From Cetorhinus maximus (lineage: Eukaryota): 64,000 bases of DNA. The notes under the pieces were generated by a model. It had not been told where the DNA came from and made no database searches. It worked only from the letters and a program-made list of their open reading frames with translations. Positions 11,142 through 23,700 of this stretch are shown piece by piece. The position numbers were made by a program, and so were the translations under genes. The stretch spans positions 54,746,001 through 54,810,000 of the forward strand of contig NC_135889.1 in assembly GCF_964194155.1 (NCBI RefSeq), in the 5' to 3' direction. How positions within the stretch are numbered: the stretch's first letter is position 1; the number at the start of each line of letters is the position of its first letter.

Positions 11142-14100
11142 CTTTTCTTCTCCACTGATGCTGCCAGACCTGCTGAGTTTTTCCAGGTAATTCTGTTTTT
11201 GTTTTGGATTTCCAGCATCCGCAGTAGTTTTTTGTTTTTAAACTAAAATCATCATTGACTAAATTTTACTTAGCGGGCAACTAATACTATAACCTGCAGA
11301 AAAGATATCCCCCCTGAACTTTCTAACATGACTGAAAACCCCACGCCATGTTTACACATTACACCGCACTCCCCATAGAATTGTAGTCTTTATAGGAGCC
11401 AGTCCAAAGTTACCCCCAGCTTCCAACAAGCTCACTTCTCACTGTTTTGCTAAGTCACAACGTCCAGTGTCCATCAAAGTCATTTCCCTCCATCTTCTCA
11501 GAAGCCCTGAATAGACTTCCAGCAGCAAGGCCAACTCTAGCAGCTCCCCCTCTCAGTCACACCATGGTGAATCTTCCTCTGTCCTCAAAGTGCCACAGGT
11601 CCTGTCTCTTTAGCCAGAGAATGAGCTCCCACCAGCATCCTATCTGGTGGCTAACAGAAAACAACCTTTTCCTCTGCTTTCCACAGCAACTTCTGTTTTC
11701 CCTTTTCTCCAGGACACACTCTCTCTGTCAAGGGTATCTGATTCAGTAAGTCTGCTATTACCGAGAGTAGGTGCCTCTTGCTTTGTGTTCAGGTATCAAA
11801 TCTGGCACTTGACTTTGAATAAGTTTTGACCTGGGCCCCTAGCTCCATGGCAACCAGCCCATCTGGGCTTAATGCCAGGGAGAATGAGCAGGATGCCACA
11901 TGCCCCTCTCCATTGCTCTGTTTTACCTTGAATTAAAGGAGACAGTTTAAAACATAGTTATCTTATGAATCCTTGCATTCGTAATATTATATCCTTTCTA
12001 TAATATGGTGACTGGACTGTGCAAGTACTTTGTGTGTCTAATCAAGGTTGAACACCAGTTTTGTATAACTTCTCTATTTTGCATTTCTGTCCCTCTAGAA
12101 ATAAACCCTGAGTGTTTGATTTGCTTTTTTTATAAATGGCCTTATTGACCTGCATCGCTACTTTTAGTGATTCTTTTGCTCCTCTGCCCTATTTAGATTA
12201 ATATTTTCGAAGTAAGGTATTTTTTCCTAATGTAAGAGATAACATCCAAAATCTGAAGTACTGTTTTCCATCTCGTCCACCTTTGCTGTAAATACTCTGC
12301 AAGGTGATATTGTATTTAAAATATATTAGCCAAATTTAATGGTACAAAATAGGCATTACAAACATTTTTTAATTTATAATTTATTTCAGATATGTATTTT
12401 GCAAGATGTTCCCCCCCCTGGCAATTTTTATAAGGGAAAAATAACTTAACCACCTTTGACTTCGGTGAATAGAGAAGCAGTAATACAGAAATATCCTCAG
12501 AGGTCACATGCAGGTGAAGGTTATCTAACAGTCTGTGATAAATATAGTGGGACGTAAGAAAATTTAGTAATGCCTGGAATTTGGTTAAAACAGCCACACC
12601 ACCACTGTGATGATTGGACAAGGCAAATGGTGAGAGCTATCACCTGGCAGGGAGGCTTCAGTTAGAGCAGAGGTACCATTATCCCACAGTCACTTTTCCT
12701 TCAAGGGCATGATTTTGATGCAGTCATCTTCATTAAGGTCATGGATTGCTAGGCCTTTGGTCACAATATACTGGAGGGAGATGTAGAGAGGGCAGTTGTT
12801 ACGGACAGGGATGAGAGAGAACTGAAACTCTTGTTCACTTCCCTTACTGCCTATGATTAGTGTGTTTTTTTGAAAAGGAAGATGTGTGCGTTTCTTAACG
12901 CTGAGTGAACAGTCAATTTGAATAACCAGTAGCACACGTTTTGTGCATTTAAAGAGGATTAAGTTGGACTGGTGAATTCTGGAGGAAATCAATTCCACAG
13001 ATGATTGAAGAGATGTCTTTATTTCCTTGCCTATAATGTTCTTAATCCCTTAATTGCTACTTCCACAGCCCATGGGTCTGATAATGCAGGTCCTGGTACA
13101 TTAATAATTATTATTTCTAGGGGGCAGTGGGTTTTAAACAGTTTTTAAACCTGTGTAAGGTGTCTGGGCTCTCCCCCTGCATCTTGTCTTCAGTTGTTTC
13201 TGGAATTGAATTGCTGGGATTAATTAGATTTGAATTTTGAACCTGACCATTTGATCCTTTAGTGGGCAATTCCACACTAACTGCACTTGTGTTTCTCTTG
13301 TGGTTTTCACTAATGCTTTTCATCACAGGGCGTATTATCTTCCTTCTTCCCTTTGCCTTGAGATGGGATTCCCCCCTCAACTGCCCCACGTCCTCTGGGA
13401 CACTACTGCCCACAGGTGGATGTTCAGCTTCCACTGAACTCCCCTGTGGTACTTTGACTAGGTGAGGTATCTACCTCAATCTTCTTTTGCCTGTTTGGGA
13501 ACGTTCCTTGTTCCTATTTAAATCTTGGAAGAAGGCGTCTGCTAACCAAACCTCTGGTTCATTCCCTTCAAACTCTGCTGCTTCTACCCTAGCTCCTTTG
13601 CTTTCCTCTGGCCCTCTGTTGGCCTCTTTAAACTCTAATGGCCTTATCTTGGTCTCTGTACATTCTATGGGTTCTATCCTGGTCTCTTTAAATGTGACTG
13701 CTTTACTTTAGCCGCCTAAACTTCACTGGCCCTATCACTCCCTGTAGAGATTTAGGGATTTTCTTAGCCCTCTGCAGCTGAGCGGAATTTTCCTGGTTCA
13801 ACTCAATTTCCCCAGCCTCCATGGACTGCTCTGGACCCGCTGGACACAAGACCTGATATCCGACTAAGTCGTTCCCCAGCAATTGGTCAATCCCCAGCGT
13901 TGGTAAACTCGGAATGACCCCGACCATCACTACACCAGTGACCAACTTTCTCTGCAGGTACATTTTAACTAAGAAAATCTTCAAGCATTTGCCAGTAAGC
14001 CTTTTTACCAATACTGTGGTATTTGTTCTGCTTTCGGGTGGCATCTCTGTAATGTTCGCTAGTAGTAGTGTTTGTAGGTAAGTGGTTTCTTTGAGGATAG

Positions 14101-15504
14101 CTATCTCTCTTCCTAGTGCCTGGGATACGAAAGGATTAATTTACCTTTGCTAAGTATCCTGATCCTCCCCTGGTACATTTGAGCATAGATTCACTACTGT
14201 CATAGCTACAGCAGCACCCCCTGTTGGTCTTTTGGAATGCCAGCAATTCCCCCGATGTGTCCGGGCTATCCACACTGAAAACACACTGGTTGTGCCCCTG
14301 CTGGTTTACCACCTTCACTACTTCTTTTAAGAATTGAGGACTGATGTGTTTTTTCTTTCCTACTCTCCTTTTCTCTCAAACCCATCTTGGCTTTATCTAT
14401 GTCCCTCCTATCACTTCCTAGCTTGTAAGGGTTACCAGATCCAAATTTATTTTGAGTTAGAGTTTTGTGGGTTAATTCAGTCATCTGCTATGATGGCTGC
14501 TTCGCTGGCTTTTGAAACTCTGTGTTCCTCTTTTAGAGTTTTAAGGCTATACGGGAGGCAGCTTTTGAACTCCTCTAACAGAATACTTCTCTTAATCCTT
14601 CATAAATGTGGTCAATTTTGAGTGCTCGCATCTACTGGCCGAATGCGAGTTGTTAACTTCTCTAAAATTTGCGGAGTATTTGAGTGAGCTACTTGTGAGA
14701 ATTTCTAAATCTCTGGTGGTATGCTTCTGGCACTATTCATAAGCATATTTTTTTATTTGTTCATAGTTTGAAGAGCTCTCTGCAGGCAACATGGGATTAG
14801 CCTTGCAGACTTTTCCTGTTAGCTGACCCTGCATTAGGAGAGTCCAAATTTCTTCATGCCACTTTAATCTATGTGCAAGATTCTCAAAGGATATGAAGAA
14901 GGCTTCAGTGTCACCTGCTTAAAATTTAGGTACTAACCAGGAATACTTTAAGAAATCAAAGCTTGTCTCTGAACCAGTGTCATTTGAACTACCAGCAGCT
15001 TCTCTGCTAGGTAAAGACATATTTCCCTATCCAGTTCAATCTGTCTTATTTCACTACCCTTATGTGCTCGTCATTCTTTCTCAAGCTTTTCCTTCTGGAA
15101 TTCTCCCTCTGTCTTTTTCCTGGAATTCTCAATCCTTTTTTTTCCTTCTCTCCTCCCTTTTTGATTCCTCCTTTCTTGCCTGAAACTCTAACTTTAGCCT
15201 CTGCTCTTCCAGGTGAATCTTTGCTGAGGTAACCTGGTCTGTTTCAGGTTTTATCTTCCACCAGTTCCAGTTGTAGGGTGAGGGAAAATGCTCAGCCAGT
15301 ACTTTTAGCACCTCAGGCTTTCTTGCCTTTTTTCTCACACTATGTTCCACTTGGTCAGCTCTTGCTCTAAGCTGTTCAATTGATATGGTTGTTAACTTAT
15401 GCCAAGTTAAATCTTCCTGTTCTACAAGTGATTTTACGTTTTAGTCAGCTATTCTATTTTCTAGCGTTAATTTACATGAAGCCTGCTGCTGTAGTCCTTT
15501 TTCA

Positions 15505-15870
15505 AAAAAGAAACAATTTCAGCTCTTGGGTGTCACCAGCAAGGCCAGCATTTGTTGCCCATCCCGAAATGCCCTTGAACTGAGTAACTTACTAGGCCAT
15601 TTCAGGGGGCAGTTAAGAGTCAACCTCATTGCCGTGGGTCTGGAGTCACATGTAGGCCAGACCAGGTAAGGACGGCAGATTTCCTTCCCTAAAGGACATT
15701 AGATGGGTTTTTATCAGAATCGATGATAGTTTCATGGCCACCATTACTGAGACTAGCTTTATATTCCAGATTTATTAACTGAATTCAAATTTGAAGCCAT
15801 GTTCCCAGAGCATTAGTGTGGGCCTCTGGATTACTAGTCCAGCAACATTACCACTACACCACCATCTCCC
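15505..15870 (-). mobile_element. tRNA-derived SINE with LINE-B 3' tail, inserted in the Gypsy element
   Basis: Minus strand begins GGGAGATGGTGGTGTAGTGGTAAT (A box) ...GGCTTCAAAT (decayed B box) and ends CAAGGGCATTTCGGGATGGGCAACAAATGCTGGCC, the LINE-B tail. Confidence 0.85.
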
Positions 15871-15908
15871 TGTGTCAGATTCAGTTGATTTTGGCCAATT
15901 TGGCTCAG

Positions 15909-15927
15909 ATCCTGGATGCAGCTCCCA
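15909..15927 (-). promoter_or_regulatory. Degenerate tRNA-Pro primer binding site of the Gypsy element
   Basis: Minus strand TGGGAGCTGCATCCAGGAT just 3' of the 5' LTR, versus the canonical tRNA-Pro PBS TGGGGGCTCGTCCGGGAT. Confidence 0.7.
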
Positions 15928-18900
15928 ATTCTGTTATGGGACAGGAATGAGAGACAATTGAAACTCCTGTTCCCTTCCTTCTCTCTCCATAATCAGTGTG
16001 TTATTATGAAAAGGAAGATGTGTGTATTTCTGAATGTTTGGTCAATTTGAATAACCAGCAGTACACTTTTCATGGATTAAATAGAGGATTAAGTTTGACA
16101 CTGGAGTCACATGATTGGCTTGTCTTGGTACAGACCTGGTGAAGAAAGGGTTATTTTCCCCTCATGAAGTGTAGCTAGATGAATTCAAGAACCAAATTCG
16201 TAATTCAAAGTTGCTGCAGGATTCGCTCAAAGAGGTAGATTTTTCAGCAGGCCAAGAAGTTAGTTACTTGTAGTCTTATTACTCAGAGGTCAGTTTTCTG
16301 TACTGGTGGACTTGAGTAGGAACAGTCGAGACCTTACGGTATTGTTGTTTCCAGTTTTAAGGCAAAGATGTTGCTGCCTTTGGTGCTGCTGCTGCTCCTT
16401 GGGTTGTCTGCAGACTGACAGATTTCTCCCTGATGCTCAGGGTAAGAAAGGTTGGTTACCTGAAGACATTTCAGATCAGGTGACCACATGATCAATACTA
16501 CTATTGTCCACCCAGAATGATTTACACTTCGAAGCCATTGCTACACAATGAGGGATGGATGTTGGCCATTCACATGTCCTTATGATTTGACTGGTTTCTC
16601 TACAGCTCTCTTTAAGTTTTGAACTCAGAGATAGTGAGTCTAGGAGTTCATAGGTTTTGGGTAAGTCCACAAACAATAAGAGGTATGAATTCCAAAGATG
16701 GTTTCATCTTGGTATGTCCATTCATGGGAGACGCTGCACTCATTGTCATTCAATTAGCAGCCTTTTAATGTAAATTTTAAGAAAAAAAGAAAGTTCCAGA
16801 AAATTCTATTCTGAATACAGATGTTTAAAGTTATGAATATGATGTGCCTTTACTGGGCATGACAGCAGTGATAACTGGATCACTGGCAACCTTAGCTTAA
16901 TTAGCCCTGTACCCTGGTACTTTCCCCTCACATTTCACCTTGTTCAGCCACTCTCACCTCTCATTTAAAATCTCGATTCTCAATCACCCAAGTACCATGT
17001 TAATTTTCTCAATGCATTATTTTCTTTCCTCCCTTAGCCTCTGTACTGAGTGACTTCTCATCCTATGTGATTTCAAACTCCATCTCTATTCATCATGTTC
17101 TCTCTCTGCTTTCACTACCCTCTTGTCCTTCCTTAATCTCATGGCCCATTTTCACTCCCCAATCCATACTCATGGCCTCCCGCTTGACCGTGCCATCTCA
17201 TGTGGCCTTGTTACCCCCATAGTATCAAACACAGATAAGGCCGTTCTTGATCACTTCCTTGTATCCTTCTCCATTCACATCTTGCTTCCCTCTCCTAACC
17301 ATATTTCCTTTGGTATCCACCCCTGGAAAAAAAGACACCCCAACTCACTTGGAACTGCACTCTCAAAATTACAGTTGTCCAGCCTTTGACACTCTGTTCA
17401 CCACAACATTTCTGCAGTGAATGATCTGCTCAACTACATCCTCACATCTATCTTTGATGCCATTGTCCCCATTAAAGCTACTACCCTCTTTCCCTCTGCC
17501 CATCCCCTCTCATGTGGCCCTCTTCTCTGCTCCCTTAAGTCCAAGGGATGTAGATTTGAACGGATAAGGCGGACAACTTGGCTAGCCATCCGTCACCAGA
17601 CCTGGACCATAAGCACTATTCGGTCTTGCCCTTGCCTGTGAAAATTGCTTACTATTCCATGATCATCCTGGAATGCAAAGATGACCACTGGCTTCTTCTC
17701 TCCAGTGCAAACTGCCCTCTCAAATCCCTCTCTGCTATCTCTTCCACCCCCACCTCCAAGAACATGTTCAGGAGCTAGTTGGCTACTTTGTCACCCAAGA
17801 TTGGGACCTTCCAATCAGTTATCTCTGCCACTTCTCTCCCTTCTACTAGCCCACTGGATCGTAGCTGCTGTAAGCTGACACCCCCACCCCACACAGCTCT
17901 GAACTTGTGTATTTCTTTAGTTTTTCTCTCATCTCCCTTCTTTCCCTCTCACTGGTCCCTGACACCCACCTCTTGCTCTCTCTTGACCCTTTTCCCACTG
18001 AACTACTAACCCTTCAAATAACTCCCTGGCTCCTGTGTTCACTGACATTCTCAACAGTTCTCCTCAGGTTCTGTCCCTCTCTCCTTCAAATCTGCCATCA
18101 TCAGTCCTCTCCTCTTAAAAACCAACCCTTGACCCCTCTTTCCTTACAAGCTACCTCCCCATCCCCAACCTCACTTTCTACTCCAAAGCCCTTGAACATG
18201 TTGCCACCCCATCCCCCCCAATTTGTGCCCATCTTTCCCGGAACTCCATGTTTGAATTCCTCCAATCGAGTTTTCATCCCTTCCACAGTATGGAAATTGC
18301 TTTTATCAAAGTTACAAATGGCATCCTATATGACTGTGGCAAAGGAAAATTATTCCTCCTCCTCCTCGTCCTTTTCGACTTGTCTGTAACCTTTGATATA
18401 GTTGATCATGCCTCATCCTCCAATGCCTCTTCACCATAATCCTGCTGGGTAGGACACCACTGGTCTAGTTCCATTCTTTATCTATCTAATTGTAGCCAGT
18501 GAATTGTCTTCAGTTGTTTCTCTTTCCATTCCCAGACAGCTATCTCTGGTGTACCCCGAGGGATCTATCTTTGACCCCATCTGAATTCTCATCTATATGC
18601 TGCTACTTGGCAACATTATCTGAAAACACAATTTCAGTTTCCATGTGTACTCTGATGGACACTCAGTTTTATCTCACCACCTCCCCTATCGACCATTCCA
18701 CTGTGTAAATTTTCAGCCTGCTTGTCTGACATACAGTACTGGATGAACAGAAATTTCTTCCAATTAAATATTGGGAAGGCTGAAGCAGCTCCCAGCTTCT
18801 AACTCCACTCCCTCATCACTGACTCATTCCTCTCCCTCATTGCTCTCTGAGGTTACAGCTTTGATGTCATATTTGACCCTGAGATGAGCTTTGAACCACA

Positions 18901-18938
18901 TCCACAGCGTCACTAAGACTGTCTATTTTCACCTCTGT

Positions 18939-20765
18939 CAAATAGGAAAGTAGGAAATAGGAGCAGAAGTAGGCCATTTAGTCTCTCGAGCCTGCTCCAT
19001 TATTCTATTGGATCATAGCTGATTTGAAATGGCCTCAACGTCATTTTCCTGCATTATCCCCAATCCCGTGATGCCTTTACTGTGTAGAAATCTATATAGA
19101 CCAATTTCTGTCTTGAACATACTCAATGACTGAGCATAAACAGCCCTCTGGGATAGAGAGTCCAGATTTTACCACCCTCTGAGTGAAGAAATTCCTCCTC
19201 ATCTCAGTCCGAAATGGGCTACCCCTTATTCTGAGACTGTATCCCCTGGTTCTAGAGCCCTGAGCCCAGGTAAATATCCTTCCTGCATCTACCTTTCTGA
19301 GCCCTGTAAGAATTTTGTATATTTTTATGCGATTGCCTCTTATTCTTCTAAACTCTAGAGAATACAGGCCCAGTCTCCTCATAGGACAATCTCGCTGTCA
19401 GGAAAATGTAATAATTTTCATAATGTTGTGGGAATTTATTGTAAGGTAGGAATAGTGTTTGTCTGTCTGTGTGTGTGTGGGGGGGGTACTTAATTGAATT
19501 AAAGACACAACAAAGCCTTCAGGCCAGCTATCAGAAGAGAAGCTAGGTTTGAAATGTTAAATAGGTAAACATGGCTGAAGTTTTAGAGTGTGAGGTGTAA
19601 AGAGAAAATTTGCATTTTTAGACAAACCAGAGTAATTTGAATTTCAAGAGGTGGTGAAATATTACACTTATCCAGAAGAAGCCAAACAGTGTGTTTATTT
19701 TTCTCAAAGCTTACTGATAAAATTGGTACTATGAAAGAATTTTATTAGAAAAGTAGAATAGAAAAGACATATTGGGACAATGGGATTTACATTAAAAAGG
19801 GAGAAACCTGTGTAAAGGAGATGAGGTTATGTGTAAGAGGAAGAAATTCTAAGACCTCACAAATGTGAAAAGCCTCTAGCCTCTAAGCCTCAAACTGCTG
19901 TCTACACGAACTGAATTGAAGAAAACCCACTTTGAATTGGACTGTTCAGAGTATAATGTTACTTTACCTGGGCCTTTTAAAATCTGCGTTTTGCTATTGC
20001 CTTAATGGAGGTATAACCGGGAGTTAGATTAACTAGGGGAGCTAGGAGTTATTGTAGTAATTTGTAGACCTATGTATGTGCTTAAAATCATTTTTAAAAA
20101 TCTAATAAAGTTTTAATTTAGTTTTGTAAGAAACCTATAAGACTCGGTGGTGACACTAAATGCAAGGCAGGAATCTCGAAATAAATACAAATTGTAAAAT
20201 AGTTGTGGCAGTTGTTTCAAGTTTCCCTTTGGGATTTGTACAGCTCAGCATTTACCATTCGCTGCGCCATATTACCCGCCATCCCAGGAATCAGTCTGGT
20301 GAATCTACATTGCACTCCCTTTTTGGCAAGTATATCCTTGCTTAGGTAAAGGGACCAAAAATGTACATAATACTGCAGCACAGTCTCACCAAGGCTCTAT
20401 ACAATTGCAGCAAGACATCTTTATTCCTGCACTCAAATCCTCTTAACAATAAAGGCCAATATATCATTTACCTTCCTAATTGCTTGCTGCACCTGCATGC
20501 TAACTTTCAGTGACTCATGAACCAGGGTTCCCAGGTGCCTTTGGACATCAATACTTCCCAATCTCTCTGTCTTCAAAAAAACTCTGCATTTCTGTTTTTC
20601 CCCACCAAAGTGGATAATTTCCCATTTTATTCCATCTGCTATGTTCTTGCTTACTCATTACAAGACTTGCTACTCTTTGCACCCTCCTCACAACTCAAAT
20701 TTCAACCTAGTTTTGTGTCATCAACAAACTTGGAAATATTACATTTGGCCCCCACATCCAAATCA
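18939..20765 (-). mobile_element. CR1 LINE 3' fragment inserted in the L2, itself split by a solo LTR
   Basis: ORF 19092-19382 (LGLYSLEFRRIRG, SRTRGYSLRIRG, RRNFFTQRVV); CR1 tail at ~18940; sequence resumes at 20275. Confidence 0.9.
19396..20274 (+). mobile_element. Solo LTR, family A
   Basis: TGTCAGG...CATATTA termini, flanks CTCGC/CCCGC. Shares blocks (GTGTTTATTTTTCTCAA, ATCTCGAAATAAATACAAATTG) with 36173-37078 and 55398-56312. Confidence 0.8.
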
Positions 20766-23700
20766 ATGTCTACCAATTCCACCCCTTTCTGCTACTGAAA
20801 CCCTCATCCATGCCTTTGACGTGTAGACTTGACTTTCAAACACAATCCTTGCCGGTCTGCAACATTCTACCCTCTGTCAACTTGAAATCATGCAAAACTG
20901 CTGCCTGTGTCCTAGCTTGCACCAAATCCTGTTCAAACCATCATCCCTGTGCTCATTGACCTAACCTGGCTCTTGATTAAGCAATGCCTTGAATTTAAAA
21001 CTCTCCTCCTTGTTTTCAAATCCCTCCATGTCCTGGCCCCTCCCTATTTCCATAATCTCCTCCAGCCCCATAACCCTCTGAGATATCTGCATTCCTCTAA
21101 TTCTGGCCTCTTGAGCATCCTGGTCTTTAATTGCTCCACCATTGGCCATGCCTTTAAATGCCTATGCCCTGAGCTCTGGAATTTCCAATTTCAACCTCTT
21201 CACCTCTCTTTAGAGGTTCCTTAAAACCTATCACTTTGACCAAGCCTTTTGCCATCTGCTCTAGTGTCACTTTATATGGCCTGGTGTTGTACTTTGTTTT
21301 ATAATGCTCCTATGAAGTGCCTGGGGATGTTTTACTACATTAAAGATATTACATCAATAACAGTTGTTATTACACTATTTGTTCCAGTATTGGATCAGGC
21401 TTTTTATGCTGCATCACAGCATCAGTTTGAAGAATCGCTTGGCAGTGAGATACAGTTGCAATGTAACTGTACAATTAATTGAGGAGAATAGAGCATTGTC
21501 TCAGTAACAGTGGTGGGTGTAGTGTTTACTCTGTTAGAACAGAAGTGCAGCATTAACCTGTTTGTGGAGAACATGGGTATCTGGAATGAAAATAAATTGT
21601 TAATCGTCATCACAGTGATTGCATTTTTGGGATATGAGCGAGTAATGACTCACTGGTTGACTGTTACCACAAATCCTGGCTTGTAATTGTTCGTACAATT
21701 GATTATCCTGCATATGTATAAAATATCAAATAGACCCCTATGTGCATTTGTAATTTCTGATCATTTGTCACAAAATAAAACACAGGCAGTGTTTTTAAAA
21801 GTAATAATCTTGCTGGTTTTTAGACCAGTTCTCTTTTTAAATGGGCTTATAGTTTTATTACATCTATCTTCCAAATCTTCTGCCATTATAGGGGGAAAAT
21901 TGCAAATATTGGAAATCTGAAATAAAAATGGATAATATCAAAGAACACTTGAAATAAAAAGTAGGTTATTATTTTGCAAGGAACCCTCCAGGACTTATGA
22001 GTAACTCTAAATTGTTATGTTCTTCAGGTGAGCAATAAACTGCTGTGTATTTCCAGCATTTTTTTTAAAGACTTACAACTTTAAAAAAAAATAATCATTG
22101 ATCTTAAATATTGTCAGGAATAAGATTAGTTTCCATAAATATGAAGATCTGCAAATTTGAAGAAGCATGTATACACCGAATAAGCTAATAATGGGATGCC
22201 TTCCTACTCAGAACATACTGCAAAGTGAAGGTGTGCAATCCCTCACGAAAGTTTTAAATTTCACTTGAGTGCAACTATGATTTCTGTACAGAACAGTAAC
22301 GTGTAATTCAGAACACATCAGGATTTATTTTATTTAAGCATTGAAATATTTTCAAGAGTGTTTAAATCAAATACATTTCTCCTTTAAGTGCAGAGAGGAA
22401 CCTGTGATCTCATCTACATTGAGGCAAAGTTCATTACTCATCACGTTGAAATCTGATCCAATGAATGTTAGCTCACATCTAGGGCAAAAGCACACATTGG
22501 AGATGCCTGTCGATTAAACTATGTTTCATTATTTGTACCCATGTCAACAGTACTTTTCGTTCAACTTGTATTTTTTCTGAGCTGTCATTTCTAATGCTAT
22601 CAGTTGTCGGTTTGGTCTGTCTGAGAAAAGGCAATTATTCTGATTTTCTGCACCCCTCACAATAATAACTCATCAGCTTTGGATTTGTCATCCCTTCATT
22701 GCCAGAGTGCCGTTTAAATTATAGAAGCATAGAACACTGATTTCCTCCTGTCTCTGCTGTTTATCATTGAAAAGGAAAATGCTATTTTTAGCATTAACAC
22801 AATGTTCATAGATGAATCTTCATCTGTAGCTTGGATCTGGCCATGCTGAGAAACCAGTAATTGCAACATTGTGGTGTTTGAATATGTTACTGCAAGTGAT
22901 TATCCTCGCTGCCAATGGGGACTTTCTCTGCCTGTTCCTACATGTTCTGCTGCTTGGATTTCTTATGAAGCATGCATATCCTTTGCCATAGCATGTAGCA
23001 GCACGTTGCTAGTGAACTGAAATTACTTTGCTTGCTTTACAAAATTATCTGAATGTCCATTTTCTGTCTCAAAGAGGTACAAATGTATCCAGGATTATAA
23101 AAGACCACTGACTCAAACCTGCACCCAGGGAAATCTAATCAAAAAAAGCACACCTGATTTCTAACATTATAACACAGATCATTAAACCAGAAACCAGGGA
23201 GTTTTAACAGCACGATTGTTAAATCAGGCTTTTACTCTTTACAATATTGCAATTGTATATTTGATGCTGCAGTCATAATGTGGAGTGGATTTCTCAACAG
23301 AGGTGAGTACCATGCTATTTATTTTCCTTGATATAAAAACCAACTAATGGATGATCTGGGAATTGGTGTGTAAACCTCAGTTCCTCTTAATCCATTCATT
23401 GCCAGTAGCAGTCTTGGTGGGATGTGCTTGAAGTTAGTAATTATTGAAGCATAAAAACTATTCAATGTTGCTTACGAGTGTGCTCTACAGTTTAATATTT
23501 ATTTTCTCCTTAAAATGTTTTCCAAAAATGTGCTTATTTATGCAAGCTGCTCATTTTTACAGCCCGATAATTCCGAGTAGTGCCGTCGCCTTTCTGATGA
23601 TGTCCTTGAAATCATGTTGATGTAGTGAGTGTTGTGTTGGCCTTTCTGTCAGTACATGATTTTTTTCATTGAAGTGATAAAATGCCCAACAAATTTTAAT

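Larger units (their letters stand above)
9852..11239 (+). mobile_element. Penelope-like retroelement, 5'-truncated and young
   Basis: Exact 14-bp TSD AAACTAAAATCATC (9838-9851 and 11240-11253); RT C-terminus plus GIY-YIG ORF; ~500 bp 3' pseudo-LTR. Confidence 0.95.
9728..11986 (-). mobile_element. Solo LTR, interrupted by a Penelope element
   Basis: Termini TGTTGCG...CGTAATA (degenerate TG..CA). Flanks CTGT/TTAT are compatible with a decayed 4-bp TSD. It splits the CR1 sequence cleanly. Confidence 0.6.
8045..12210 (-). mobile_element. Old CR1 LINE hosting nested insertions (pieces ~8045-8402, ~9582-9727, ~11987-12210)
   Basis: CR1 3' tail at ~8045. CR1 sequence resumes in register across each insertion, e.g. 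CTTCTCCAGTGTCTCTGT|...|TTATATCCTTTCTATAATATGG. Confidence 0.75.
12797..16864 (-). mobile_element. Internally deleted Gypsy LTR retrotransposon with SCAN-like gag (Gmr1-like)
   Basis: 5-bp TSD GCAGT (12792-12796 and 16865-16869). Full 5' LTR 15932-16864 and a homologous ~180 bp 3' LTR remnant 12797-~12975. Degenerate tRNA-Pro PBS. Gag motifs LVPKF..EAFFISFE, WTLLMQGQLTGK, LREVILLEEFKSCLP..EAAIIADD, CFQCG*PGH; protease-region GVIPSLPTLGIDQLLGNDL. No RT, RNase H or integrase. Confidence 0.85.
12575..21365 (+). mobile_element. Decayed L2 LINE ORF2: inverted 5' piece (~12575-12796 and 16865-16895, minus), body ~16900-18938 and ~20765-21365 (plus)
   Basis: Minus-strand APE N-terminus (KGLAIHDLNEDDCIKIMPLKEK, HHSGGVAVLTK). 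Plus-strand APE/RT remnants (CDFKLHL, HTHGLPLDRAIS, DHFLV, QSSFHPFHSMEIAFIKVTNGIL, FDLSVTFDIVDH) and L2 C-terminus (ETLIHAF, LTWLLIKQCLEFKTLLLVFKSLHVLAPPYF). Confidence 0.8.

Noticed and set aside
15790-15870. Functional tRNA gene
   Set aside because: The tRNA-like A/B boxes are a SINE head, continue into a SINE body and LINE tail, and give no clean cloverleaf.
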